Positions 31,172 to 40,422 of a stretch of 64,000 nt of DNA are shown here, one piece after another; position 1 is the stretch's first letter, and every line of letters begins with the position of its first letter. The stretch is from an uncultured Bacilli bacterium (GTDB taxonomy: Bacteria; Bacillota_I; Bacilli_A; RF39; UBA660). The stretch spans positions 194,209-258,208 of the forward strand of contig CAKOYD010000002.1 in assembly GCA_934130545.1 (NCBI GenBank), given 5' to 3'. The notes below the pieces were generated by a model. It did not search any database. It was not told the DNA's origin and saw nothing but the letters and a program-made list of their open reading frames with translations. The translations under genes and the position numbers were made by a program.

Positions 31172-31200
31172 TTGACAATGAAAAAATAACTTGCTATAAT
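31172..31200 (+). promoter_or_regulatory. consensus sigma-A promoter for the tRNA operon
   Basis: TTGACA-17 nt-TATAAT is a perfect match. The -10 ends 13 nt before tRNA-Ala. Confidence 0.85.
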
Positions 31201-31213
31201 TAATACTGTCCTT

Positions 31214-31290
31214 GGGGAATTAGCTCAGTTGGCTAGAGCATCTGCCTTGCACGCAGAGGGTCAAGGGTTCGAGTCCCTCATTCTCCACCA
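31214..31290 (+). tRNA. tRNA-Ala (anticodon TGC)
   Basis: Cloverleaf with G3:U70 Ala identity pair, anticodon loop CTTGCAC, GTTCGAGTC T-arm, 3' CCA encoded. Confidence 0.95.
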
Positions 31291-31292
31291 TT

Positions 31293-31369
31293 CGGAAAGT
31301 GGCTCAACTTGGTAGAGCACTTGGTTTGGGACCAAGGGGTTGCAGGTTCAAATCCTGTCTTTCCGACCA
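31293..31369 (+). tRNA. tRNA-Pro (anticodon TGG)
   Basis: Acceptor CGGAAAG/CTTTCCG, anticodon loop TTTGGGA, GTTCAAATC T-loop, CCA encoded. Lies 2 nt after tRNA-Ala. Confidence 0.9.
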
Positions 31370-31443
31370 TTTAGATTACAAAGCCTTGCTAAACAAGACT
31401 TTTTTTCATACCTAAAAAAGATATTACTATTACCGTAATATCT

Positions 31444-32592
31444 TTATTTTTTTATATATAAATAAATTATTGTTCCTATACTAATTATTAAACCAAGTAA
31501 ATATATTGATAAATATCCTCTACTTTTACCATTAACTAATTCTCTATTACTTTCAAAAGAATTAAGTCTTCTTTTTATATATTTATATTCTGCAAAATAA
31601 GTCTTTAAATAGGACCATAAACTAATCACTGTATGTACTTTACTTTTTGACTCATTAAGGCTTACCATTTGTCTTCTACATAATTCACTAGTATAATCTA
31701 TAGCTTCATTAACAATACTAATTTCATCAGGAGTTAAATTATTCATATGCTCTAAATCTTTAAGAAATGTCAAGCTAGAAAACATTGCATACACTATTCT
31801 TTTATCTAATTCTTGATACTTATCATTACTCATGACTTCACTGGGTCGTTTAAAACTACCATCCCCATTAAGAAAGATACCAAGTACCGGTGAGGTATCT
31901 TTTATAAAATCGTGTTTAATTATCTCATTATCTCCAAATGCACTAGCAACTTTGATTATAGGCAATACTCTATCTATCGTATAAGAAGCATTATACATCT
32001 TATAATCTTCTTGATAAAAATGTTCTACTCTATCAATCTTATCTTTAAGCTTCTCATACACTTCCAAATTATATTTTTTTAAATATTCCCTGGCCATTCT
32101 AATTCCATATAAATTAGCACCTATTTCGAAAGAATAACTATCATGGTGTTTCTTATAATCTCTATTACCACCTACTTTTCTATAAAATTGTTCAATATCT
32201 CTTAAAAAACTCTCATAACTATATCTATCAAATGTCTTTTGCGCACTATGTCTTGCCTCATGATAACAAACATTAGCTAGCATAAAAATGCTACTTATAC
32301 GTTTAGCCACAAAACTTCTTAATAGTTTATCAACAAAAACAACCATCGTTCCTTTAAAATTATTATAACCTTCACAAGGCAAATAACTATATTGATAAAA
32401 ATCTTTCATTCTTTTATCAATAGTGTAACTACAATTAGTAAAAAAGTCAGGCTTAACTATATCCGCAAAAGCCACTGGTCTAACATTTATATCAATGCCA
32501 TACTTCTTTGATTCACTTTCAGTTATCTCCCTAGCTATTTTCTTCATTTCTTCAATGCTTATTTTTTCTTCCATAAATCCCTCACATACCAC
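31444..32592 (-). CDS. membrane-anchored hypothetical protein with an HExxH motif (putative zinc metallopeptidase-like)
   Basis: 382 aa. CYHEARHSAQ contains HExxH. C-terminal TM helix LSIYLLGLIISIGTIIYLYI. Confidence 0.45.
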   Translation of the reverse strand: MVCEGFMEEKISIEEMKKIAREITESESKKYGIDINVRPVAFADIVKPDFFTNCSYTIDKRMKDFYQYSYLPCEGYNNFKGTMVVFVDKLLRSFVAKRISSIFMLANVCYHEARHSAQKTFDRYSYESFLRDIEQFYRKVGGNRDYKKHHDSYSFEIGANLYGIRMAREYLKKYNLEVYEKLKDKIDRVEHFYQEDYKMYNASYTIDRVLPIIKVASAFGDNEIIKHDFIKDTSPVLGIFLNGDGSFKRPSEVMSNDKYQELDKRIVYAMFSSLTFLKDLEHMNNLTPDEISIVNEAIDYTSELCRRQMVSLNESKSKVHTVISLWSYLKTYFAEYKYIKRRLNSFESNRELVNGKSRGYLSIYLLGLIISIGTIIYLYIKK

Positions 32593-32615
32593 TAAAAGAA
32601 TAATTACTAAACTAA

Positions 32616-34763
32616 TTAATAATTATTCTTAAACTTAATTATTACTTTATCTTCTACTACACTATCCGGTAATACACTTTGCTCATATGCATATCCAATA
32701 CCCTCAGTCTCATAATTGATACCTAACATCTTTAATATATTAGTAGCATCTTTATAAGACATCCCACTAACATCAATCATTTCTTTATTATAATTATTAG
32801 TAAGTAAATATACTTTATCATTTAATAATACTGTATTACTACCAGGATACTGATTAACTACTTTATCTCCATTACCAATAACTACCGTACTAATACCTTT
32901 ACTATTTAATTTACTAACTACATCATTAACATTCTTATTAATATAACTGGATAAATAAATATTCTCTTTTACTTCTTCCCCAGTATTAATATTTAAATAT
33001 TTATTAATATTAGTAAGTACTTCTTTAACAGCAGGGGCAACATAATTAACTGAATCTTTTGGTTTTTGTAAAGCCATATATATAATTATTTCCGGGTCAT
33101 CTTTTGGATACATTCCTGCAAAAGAATATGTATAATCATTAGCACCACTATAATACTTTCCTGACTTATTATCAAATATTTGTGCAGTACCAGTCTTACC
33201 AATAACATCAAACCCATCTATATAGTAAGCATAACCTGTTGCCTCACTAGGCTCACCATTAACAACACTCTCCATTAAATCTTTAATCTTATTAATTGTA
33301 CTTTCACTAGCTATCTTTCCAACCTCTGTCTTACCATATTCTTTCTTAACAACACCTGTATTACTATCAACTATCTTAGACACAATATATGGATTTAGCA
33401 TAGTACCATTATTTGCAATACTACTTAATGCTTGTAGCATTTGTATTGGCGTTATCGTAATACCTTGCCCATAACCTGCTACCACCGCCTCGATATCATA
33501 TTTAAAGGAAACATCTCCCGTAAGTTCTCTCGATAAACTAATACCCGTCTTCTTACCAAAACCATACTTATCATAACAACTAGCTAACTCTTTCTTCGTC
33601 ATAACACCATCTAGTAGATTAGCTACTGCTATATTAGAAGAAAGTGCAAACCCTTTATCATAAGTAATTTCTCCCCAACCAGTCTTCTTCCAGTCATATA
33701 TTGTCGTTGTATCATTAGGATCAAGTACTGAAGTATATGTTTTTGATCCTGACATATAAGTATCGCTACCATTATATCTTCCACTATCAATAGCACACAT
33801 AAAACTAAATATTTTCATTGTTGAACCAGGCTCAAATACATAGTTAACAAATGGATCTAAGTAAGAAGACATATTTCTAATATTCGGATCAAAAGATGGC
33901 GTTGAAGAATAACCTAAAATAGCACCAGTTTTAGCATCCATAACTCCCATAACTACCCATGAAGCTTCTGACTGAGTACTAGTATCTTTAACAGCATTCT
34001 CAATAAATAGTTGAATATTATTATCAATAGTTAAATAAATATCATCCCCATTTACTGCATTCTTAACATACTCACGCCCATTAGCTATCTTATAACCATA
34101 TCTATCTCTCTCATAAGTTATATATCCGTTCGTTCCCGTTAAATTATCATTAAAATATTCCTCTATACCAAGTTCTCCAACCTTAACCACATTACCATCA
34201 ACATCTTTATTTTTTGTATACCCCAGTAAATAAGAAGCAAAATCCCCATTAGGATAATATCTCTTTGTACTCTTAATAAAATCTATCCCCGGTAAATTAA
34301 GGGATGCAATCTTCTCCATCTCTAACTGGCTTAAGTTTCTTCCACCACTACCAAGTTCAACCTGATAAGCATCTTTACTAAGTAATTCTATTAACTTCTC
34401 TTTACTAGTATTTAAATAAGGTTCTAGTGCAGCAGCAGTTTCTTCTATATTCTTAACATGCCTTAAAGTATCACTACCCTCACTACGTTTTTCATCTAAA
34501 TAAGCAATAACCGTATAACTAGACACATCCTCTGCTAAAGCATTACCATTACTATCATATATTGTCCCTCTTTCAGGTAGTATTGTATCTTCTTTAATAT
34601 TTCTATTCTCAATAAACTGACTAATAGTTATATTACTAACCTTATAATTATAAGTACATAAATATACTAATCTTCCCCCTAAAACAAAAAATAAAAGAAA
34701 GATAAAAACATAAATATACTTATTAAGCTTAATCTTATTGTTATTTATCTTTCTATCTCTCAT
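32616..34763 (-). CDS. spoVD: class-B PBP with two C-terminal PASTA domains (SpoVD/PBP2B of the dcw cluster)
   Basis: 715 aa. Transpeptidase motifs plus two PASTA repeats at the C-terminus. Follows ftsL. Confidence 0.85.
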   Translation of the reverse strand: MRDRKINNNKIKLNKYIYVFIFLLFFVLGGRLVYLCTYNYKVSNITISQFIENRNIKEDTILPERGTIYDSNGNALAEDVSSYTVIAYLDEKRSEGSDTLRHVKNIEETAAALEPYLNTSKEKLIELLSKDAYQVELGSGGRNLSQLEMEKIASLNLPGIDFIKSTKRYYPNGDFASYLLGYTKNKDVDGNVVKVGELGIEEYFNDNLTGTNGYITYERDRYGYKIANGREYVKNAVNGDDIYLTIDNNIQLFIENAVKDTSTQSEASWVVMGVMDAKTGAILGYSSTPSFDPNIRNMSSYLDPFVNYVFEPGSTMKIFSFMCAIDSGRYNGSDTYMSGSKTYTSVLDPNDTTTIYDWKKTGWGEITYDKGFALSSNIAVANLLDGVMTKKELASCYDKYGFGKKTGISLSRELTGDVSFKYDIEAVVAGYGQGITITPIQMLQALSSIANNGTMLNPYIVSKIVDSNTGVVKKEYGKTEVGKIASESTINKIKDLMESVVNGEPSEATGYAYYIDGFDVIGKTGTAQIFDNKSGKYYSGANDYTYSFAGMYPKDDPEIIIYMALQKPKDSVNYVAPAVKEVLTNINKYLNINTGEEVKENIYLSSYINKNVNDVVSKLNSKGISTVVIGNGDKVVNQYPGSNTVLLNDKVYLLTNNYNKEMIDVSGMSYKDATNILKMLGINYETEGIGYAYEQSVLPDSVVEDKVIIKFKNNY

Positions 34764-34798
34764 ATTAAGTCATTCCCTTCACTAATTATAATAATAAA

Positions 34799-35092
34799 TT
34801 ACTCTAGTACTGTTTTAATATTTTCATTATTATAAGTTAAACCTTGCTCATTACTAATATGTTTTATCTTTTCTAATGATACCATCTCATTAATCTTCAT
34901 TACTAAACTTTGATTCTCATCACTCTTATTAGCTGCCTGATTCTCTAACTTTTGTAATTCTACATTTATCTGTGATAAAGAAGATTTACTTAGTATTATC
35001 CCTATTACTAAAAATATTACCATAAAAGTAGAAAATTTATATAGCATCTTTTCTCCTCTTGTTATACCCCTTTTTTTCTTTTTCTTATTCAT
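34799..35092 (-). CDS. ftsL: cell division protein FtsL
   Basis: 97 aa, single TM plus coiled-coil. Position between rsmH and the PBP gene. Confidence 0.7.
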   Translation of the reverse strand: MNKKKKKRGITRGEKMLYKFSTFMVIFLVIGIILSKSSLSQINVELQKLENQAANKSDENQSLVMKINEMVSLEKIKHISNEQGLTYNNENIKTVLE

Positions 35093-35096
35093 AATA

Positions 35097-36023
35097 TCAT
35101 TCCTTTATTCTTTCTATTACTCTAAGTTTAGCACTTCTTGCACGGTTATTATTAGCAAGTTCTTCTTCACTAGGTGTTATACCTTTTTCTATTACTTTAT
35201 AAGATGGTAAATATTCATCCGGTATAAATGGTAAACTCTTTAACTTATCATCTACTTCACTATACTTTTTAAATATATTCTTAACTACCTTATCCTCTAA
35301 TGAATGAAAAGTAATAACTGATATTCTTCCACCTACATTAAGTAATTCTAATGAACTAACTAATGCCTTTTCTAAAACTTCTAATTCCTTATTTACTTCT
35401 ATTCTAATAGCTTGAAAAGTACGACGTGCCGGATGCGTATTTCTCATTGCTTTCATTGGCATCCCACTCTTAATAATATCCACTAATTCTAAAGTAGTTT
35501 CTATCTTTTTATTATTACGATATTCCACTATCTTCTTAGCAATACTATAAGCATACTTTTCTTCACCATAATCTCTTATTATTCTAGTTAAATCACTAAG
35601 TGAATATTCATTAACTACATTATAAGCAGAAATTGGATTACTCCTATCCATTCTCATATCTAATTTAGCATCATTATGAAAACTAAATCCACGATCTGCT
35701 TCATCTAATTGTACACTAGAAACTCCTAAGTCAAATAATATTCCATCTACTCTCTCTACACCACGTTTATGTAATTCTTCTTTTATATTAGCAAAATTAC
35801 TTTTAATAACACAATAGTTATTACTTATTTGACTTAATTTTACATTACTATACTCAATAGCCGTATCATCTTGATCAATACCATATAAGAACCCAGTATC
35901 TAATTTACTCAAAATAACACTACTATGTCCAGCATAACCCAAGGTAGCATCAACATAAATTCCATCTTTTTTAACGTTTAAACAATTAATTGATTCATTA
36001 AGTAATACACTTACATGTTTCAT
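35097..36023 (-). CDS. rsmH: 16S rRNA (cytosine1402-N4)-methyltransferase RsmH (MraW)
   Basis: 308 aa. SAM-binding motifs (DATLGYAGHS, FDLGVSS). Confidence 0.93.
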   Translation of the reverse strand: MKHVSVLLNESINCLNVKKDGIYVDATLGYAGHSSVILSKLDTGFLYGIDQDDTAIEYSNVKLSQISNNYCVIKSNFANIKEELHKRGVERVDGILFDLGVSSVQLDEADRGFSFHNDAKLDMRMDRSNPISAYNVVNEYSLSDLTRIIRDYGEEKYAYSIAKKIVEYRNNKKIETTLELVDIIKSGMPMKAMRNTHPARRTFQAIRIEVNKELEVLEKALVSSLELLNVGGRISVITFHSLEDKVVKNIFKKYSEVDDKLKSLPFIPDEYLPSYKVIEKGITPSEEELANNNRARSAKLRVIERIKE

Positions 36024-36463
36024 AACCCAAAATCATCCCCATTATCAAATAAATTTTCTGCAATTTCATCTAGTTTATCAAAGTTATCCTGCATTAAATT
36101 ATCATAATAATCTAATGCCCAAATTTCTAGACGATCATTAACCCCAATGATAACGCATTCTTTTTTAATTTTAGCATATTCAAATAAAGATGTAGGTATG
36201 TTGATTCTACCCTGCTTATCTAATTCACATACAGTTGCACTACTTAAGAAGAATCTAGTGAATGTTCTAGCATCTTTCTTAGTAAATGGAAGCATCTTTA
36301 ACTTAGAAATAATCTTATTCCATTCATTCATTGGATAAACAAATAAACATCCATCTAATCCTTTAGTAAGAATAAAAGTATCTCCAATATCCTCTCTAAA
36401 CTTGGAAGGTATAATTAATCTTTTCTTCTCATCAATATTATGACGATATTCTCCAATTAACAT
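36020..36463 (-). CDS. mraZ: transcriptional regulator MraZ
   Basis: 147 aa with duplicated DxxxR MraZ motifs. First gene of the dcw cluster. Confidence 0.9.
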   Translation of the reverse strand: MLIGEYRHNIDEKKRLIIPSKFREDIGDTFILTKGLDGCLFVYPMNEWNKIISKLKMLPFTKKDARTFTRFFLSSATVCELDKQGRINIPTSLFEYAKIKKECVIIGVNDRLEIWALDYYDNLMQDNFDKLDEIAENLFDNGDDFGL

Positions 36464-36610
36464 AACTTATCCCCCACTTTCTTCCACTTCGTGCCACTCT
36501 ACAATATTATAATATACTCTTTTTTATCTTTTGTAAACAATATTACTAAAACTTTACATTAATTTTACCAAATAAATAACTCATCTCTATTTTAGAAATG
36601 AGTTATTTAT

Positions 36611-39600
36611 CTATTGCCAACAATAACTATCGTTTAATTTAGTATATCCACTAGCACATGAATATGTTGTTACTGTTGTTCCTGATGTATATATTTTACA
36701 TGACTTATTTACAAGGTATCCACTTGAGCAAGAATAAGCATATGAACAATTATTACTACTAAGAGTATATCCAGATGGGCAATTTGCACCACCAGAATTA
36801 GCACAACTATATTGTGTTACCCTTCCAGTACTAGTTCGCTTACAATAAAAACTTCCTGTAAGATGACTATTAGCACTAGTATAATAATAACATCCGCCAC
36901 TATCTTGTAGATTACTACCACAATCTTCATAAGAACTTGCTGTTGTATTCGCTACTGTACCACTACATGTATTAGTATTACCAGCTCCATCTTTTACATA
37001 GAAAGTATATGTCTTTGCTCCTGTTATTGTACCAGTACTACTATTACTGCCACTATATGATGAACTCCAACCATAGTATGCTAGACCACTTCCTCCTTCA
37101 TCAGAATATGTGGCAGTTATTGTTGTACCACTAGCACTTAATGTACATTTTGGTCTAATTGTATCGATAATAATCCAGTGAGCATATAACGTTGTATCTG
37201 ATGTTTTATCCCAATCTCTTACACTTTGACCACTACTATTATAATATTGTGTTCCACCACTTGCTGAGTCATAATAACCGGCAAATGTATATCCAGTCAT
37301 AGTAGGTAAAGTTATATCAGGATAACTACCTTGTTTAGTACCATGAACAATAGTAGTTGAGTCAGTACCTCCTGTACCACCATTCTTATTGAATGTTATA
37401 GTATATACTTTAGCTGTCCAATAAGCATATAGTGTATGATCACTAGCATTGGATACTATAGTATCACTTGTTACTCTAGTACCTGTACCATTTTCTCCCG
37501 TATACCAACCGCCAAATGAATAACCTGCTTTTATTGGTGTTGGCATATCACCATATTTTTGACTTTGTTGAACAGTTCTGTTTATACTAGTCAGAATTAT
37601 TCTAGCTGCTCCATTACCAGTCTTAACATAATTACTAACAGAATTCCCGGAAATATTAGTTGTAGAATATGTTTTAGTACTTGTTGCATCAGAAGTTGCG
37701 CAATTATAACAATACATATATTTATCAGTAAGCAGTGAATTGCCAATATAACCAGAACCACCTCCGCCAGGAGCAATGTGTCCACTTCGTGATCCACCAT
37801 AAAAACCACCGCCTCCGCCAGTAGTAGCCCAATCACTTCCACCGCCTTGGCCGAATGACCCAGTAATAACACCACTATTTACTTCGCTTGCTCTATTACA
37901 ATCACTTGTTATTTTACCTCCGGCGGTCTGAGTTCCGCCAAGGCCTACACACCATTGATTATCTTCAACACTGGATTCATCTCCAGAATTACCTATGTAT
38001 CCACCACCGGAACCACCACGTAATCCATATGTTCCAACATTTTCACCATAGTAAGATCCACCGCCTCCGCCAGAAACAATTAATATATTTGATAGGCTAG
38101 ATGATAATGATGATAGTAATCCAGACTTTGTAGCAATATGAGTCGCTCCACCGCCGGAACCAAATGATCTATTGCAGCATGCCTGGCCTCCTGTTGAACC
38201 ACCACCATTATATCCACCCACAATATTCTCTAACGTTCCAGACGAGGTTCTGCTTCCCTGGCCTCCAACATTAACATATAAAATATCACCTGAGTTTAAT
38301 GTAGTCGTTCCTTGTGAATATCCCCCATAACCACCAACAGTACCATCTATTGTTGTTCCTCCTTGAGCACCCCATGTTTCAAGTTTATATGTTCCAGTAT
38401 ATGGGACTGTGTAAATATTTTCTTTGGCCTCTGTAAATGTTGAAATAACATTATAACTTCCACCGGCAACATCAAAAGTTACATTTACAGTTTTATTCCA
38501 TTTAGCATACAAAGTATGATTATTGGCAATAGTTATTACTGTATTCTCATCTACTTTAGTACCTGCCCCATTCTCACCAGTATACCAACCACCGAAAGTA
38601 TATCCTTCTCTAGTTGGGGTTGGTAATTCACCATATTTGTCTTTATAAGTTACATTATAGTTGGTGTCACTTATTAATGTAACTCTAGCTGCTCCATCAC
38701 CGCTTTTAGCGTAATCAGTAGTTGGTGTCGCTGAAGCATTGGTAGTTGTATATGTCTTAGTATCGGTAGCATCAGATGTTGTACAATTATAGCAATACAT
38801 ATATTTATTAGCAAGTAATGAATTGCCTATGTAACTGGATCCACCGCCACCGCCACCATTCCTAGCAGAACCGCCAGCTCCACCGTATAGACCACCGCCT
38901 CCACCGCCAGCTCCGTGCTCAAAGCTTGCTTCGTATCCACCTTGGCCTCCTAATCCAAATTGTCCAACTGTACCAGTAACACTTCCAGAGCCAAGGGTTC
39001 CTCCGGAGGTTTGTGTACCGCCACCGCCACCGCCTTGGAATGAACTACTATTGTGTCCACCGGTGTTACCCTGTATCCCACCGCCTGAACCACCTATCTC
39101 ATTTGCATTAAATACTCCAGTACCACCGCCGCCGCCTGAAACTATCAGGATACTTGATAGAGAGGATGATAAAGACGACAATAAACCTGTCTTTGTTGCA
39201 ATATGGGTAGCACCACCCCCAGTTCCTGCACTGTAATTTGCATTTCCACCACCATTATATCCACCAGTAGTAAATGTACTTTCAGCATTAGAACTTACGC
39301 CTTGACCTCCGACATTAAGATATAAAATATCTCCTTTTTTTAATGAAACAACTCCAGTAGAGTAACTACCATAACCAATTTGAGTTGTAGAATATTGGCC
39401 GCCTTGGGCTCCCCAAGTTTCTAATTTATAATCACCAGTATATGTTACTTTGTAAGTATACTCTTGCGGTTGGGTGTATGTAACAGCAAAATTACCTCCT
39501 GCTAAGTCTAAACTAACTGTTATATTTTTAGGTTCAAACACTACTTCACAATTAACATTACTTGTTATATTAGATATAGTTAAGATATTATTAGATACTG

Positions 39601-40201
39601 TTCCTTCACATGTTGTTGATTTATATTGATAACCATCATTAGGTGCTAAAGTATATTTAACTGTACCATTCTTAGTAGATAATTTAATATTAGGTTTTAC
39701 TTTACCGTAAGTATTATTATTAGATTTAACTATTGCTTTATAGTATACATCTTTATTTATGCCAGTACTATTGCTAGGTAATTCTAATATTTCTTTTTCA
39801 AAACCTACTATATCTTTAATACTTACTGTTGTATCAGTACTACTATTATTTTGAATAAATACTTTAACTAGATTAGTATTCTTACTATTAAGTACTCCAC
39901 TAGTATCTGTATCACTTATATTAATTATACTAATATTAGAGTTTACTCCTTCTAAATAAAGTAGATATGACATATTAAATTCATTAGGATTACTTATTTT
40001 AATATCTACTATTTTACTATCATAACTAGGTATTAATATATCTCTATTAGTTCTATCACCTAAAACTATATTAAATAGATAATCTGCTTTACTACTATTA
40101 CCTTCGGTAATGGTAGTATCTATTGCAAATGTTCCTATTAGAGAAATAACTCCTATTATAAATATCAAAAATAATCCTATATATATTGTCCTTTTTTTCA
40201 T
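36611..40201 (-). CDS. giant secreted glycine-rich surface protein: signal peptide, duplicated Gly-rich module with Flg_new (Listeria-Bacteroides) repeats, and a Cys-rich C-terminal module shared with the pilin-like protein
   Basis: ~1196 aa from ATG 40201 (AGGTGG RBS; the ORF track uses GTG at 40213). N-terminal signal MKKRTIYIGLFLIFIIGVISLIG. Two ~345-aa tandem copies (YKLETWGAQGG…GGATHIATK.GLLSSLSSSLS.ILIVSGGGGG…YMYCYNC…GY.FGGWYTGENG.GT.V…HTLYA.W). A third Flg_new repeat. C-terminal ~200 aa Cys-rich tail. Confidence 0.8.
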   Translation of the reverse strand: MKKRTIYIGLFLIFIIGVISLIGTFAIDTTITEGNSSKADYLFNIVLGDRTNRDILIPSYDSKIVDIKISNPNEFNMSYLLYLEGVNSNISIINISDTDTSGVLNSKNTNLVKVFIQNNSSTDTTVSIKDIVGFEKEILELPSNSTGINKDVYYKAIVKSNNNTYGKVKPNIKLSTKNGTVKYTLAPNDGYQYKSTTCEGTVSNNILTISNITSNVNCEVVFEPKNITVSLDLAGGNFAVTYTQPQEYTYKVTYTGDYKLETWGAQGGQYSTTQIGYGSYSTGVVSLKKGDILYLNVGGQGVSSNAESTFTTGGYNGGGNANYSAGTGGGATHIATKTGLLSSLSSSLSSILIVSGGGGGTGVFNANEIGGSGGGIQGNTGGHNSSSFQGGGGGGTQTSGGTLGSGSVTGTVGQFGLGGQGGYEASFEHGAGGGGGGLYGGAGGSARNGGGGGGSSYIGNSLLANKYMYCYNCTTSDATDTKTYTTTNASATPTTDYAKSGDGAARVTLISDTNYNVTYKDKYGELPTPTREGYTFGGWYTGENGAGTKVDENTVITIANNHTLYAKWNKTVNVTFDVAGGSYNVISTFTEAKENIYTVPYTGTYKLETWGAQGGTTIDGTVGGYGGYSQGTTTLNSGDILYVNVGGQGSRTSSGTLENIVGGYNGGGSTGGQACCNRSFGSGGGATHIATKSGLLSSLSSSLSNILIVSGGGGGSYYGENVGTYGLRGGSGGGYIGNSGDESSVEDNQWCVGLGGTQTAGGKITSDCNRASEVNSGVITGSFGQGGGSDWATTGGGGGFYGGSRSGHIAPGGGGSGYIGNSLLTDKYMYCYNCATSDATSTKTYSTTNISGNSVSNYVKTGNGAARIILTSINRTVQQSQKYGDMPTPIKAGYSFGGWYTGENGTGTRVTSDTIVSNASDHTLYAYWTAKVYTITFNKNGGTGGTDSTTIVHGTKQGSYPDITLPTMTGYTFAGYYDSASGGTQYYNSSGQSVRDWDKTSDTTLYAHWIIIDTIRPKCTLSASGTTITATYSDEGGSGLAYYGWSSSYSGSNSSTGTITGAKTYTFYVKDGAGNTNTCSGTVANTTASSYEDCGSNLQDSGGCYYYTSANSHLTGSFYCKRTSTGRVTQYSCANSGGANCPSGYTLSSNNCSYAYSCSSGYLVNKSCKIYTSGTTVTTYSCASGYTKLNDSYCWQ
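37430..39500 (-). repeat. internal tandem duplication (~1.05-1.08 kb unit, two copies) inside the giant gene
   Basis: Nucleotide-level similarity at ~1082-bp offset (for example 37688-37770 versus 38770-38850). The protein shows two co-linear ~345-aa modules. Boundaries are approximate. Confidence 0.7.
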
Positions 40202-40225
40202 AATTAACACCACCTATAGACATGA

Positions 40226-40252
40226 CAAAAAGAGTCTAACTTCTTAAACTCC
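40226..40252 (-). terminator. terminator-like or attenuator hairpin ~25 nt upstream of the giant gene start
   Basis: Minus strand GGAGUUUAAG-AAG-UUAGACUC followed by UUUUUG. Conserved with the hairpin at 20238..20257. The uORF stop codon UAA lies inside the 5' arm. Confidence 0.5.
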
Positions 40253-40348
40253 TTCTTTATGCTTATAATAAAAACAAACAAATGTATTACTTATACCCCC
40301 CCCCCATGTAAACATAGAGTTAACGCTTTTTCTTAATATTTTATACAT
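40244..40348 (-). CDS. putative leader uORF (MYKILRKSVNSMFTWGGGISNTFVCFYYKHKEGV) spanning a G10 tract
   Basis: ATG lies 9 nt after AAAGGAGUU, the same geometry as the uORF at 20296..20355. The stop codon sits inside the terminator-like hairpin. May be non-coding. Confidence 0.3.
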   Translation of the reverse strand: MYKILRKSVNSMFTWGGGISNTFVCFYYKHKEGV

Positions 40349-40422
40349 AATCATTAACTCCTTTCTACATAGGAAGAAATACCTTGTTTGTTTATCTCCT
40401 ATCTTCTACTAAATTATAGCAC

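Larger units (their letters stand above)
40202..40415 (-). promoter_or_regulatory. conserved structured 5' leader (copy B) containing a 10-nt homopolymeric tract (C10 on the plus strand, 40296-40305)
   Basis: Ordered conserved blocks shared with 20196..20435, with compensatory changes in the G-tract hairpin. The G10 run is unusual at <30% GC. Confidence 0.6.

Noticed and set aside
37597-39236. ORF-track entries 37597..37875(-), 37888..38100(+) and 39051..39236(+) (L/V/I-rich, H-rich or P-rich peptides)
   Set aside because: They lie entirely inside the giant glycine-rich gene, in off frames or on the opposite strand. The poly-Gly codons (GGN, rc NCC) give long open frames that encode low-complexity P/V/L peptides. 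They are artefacts.
40202-40213. GTG start (MVLIM…) proposed by the ORF track for the giant gene
   Set aside because: The downstream ATG at 40201 has an AGGTGG Shine-Dalgarno at proper spacing and begins a canonical signal peptide (MKKRTIYIGLFL…). The GTG extension lies within the terminator-proximal leader. The ATG start is preferred.
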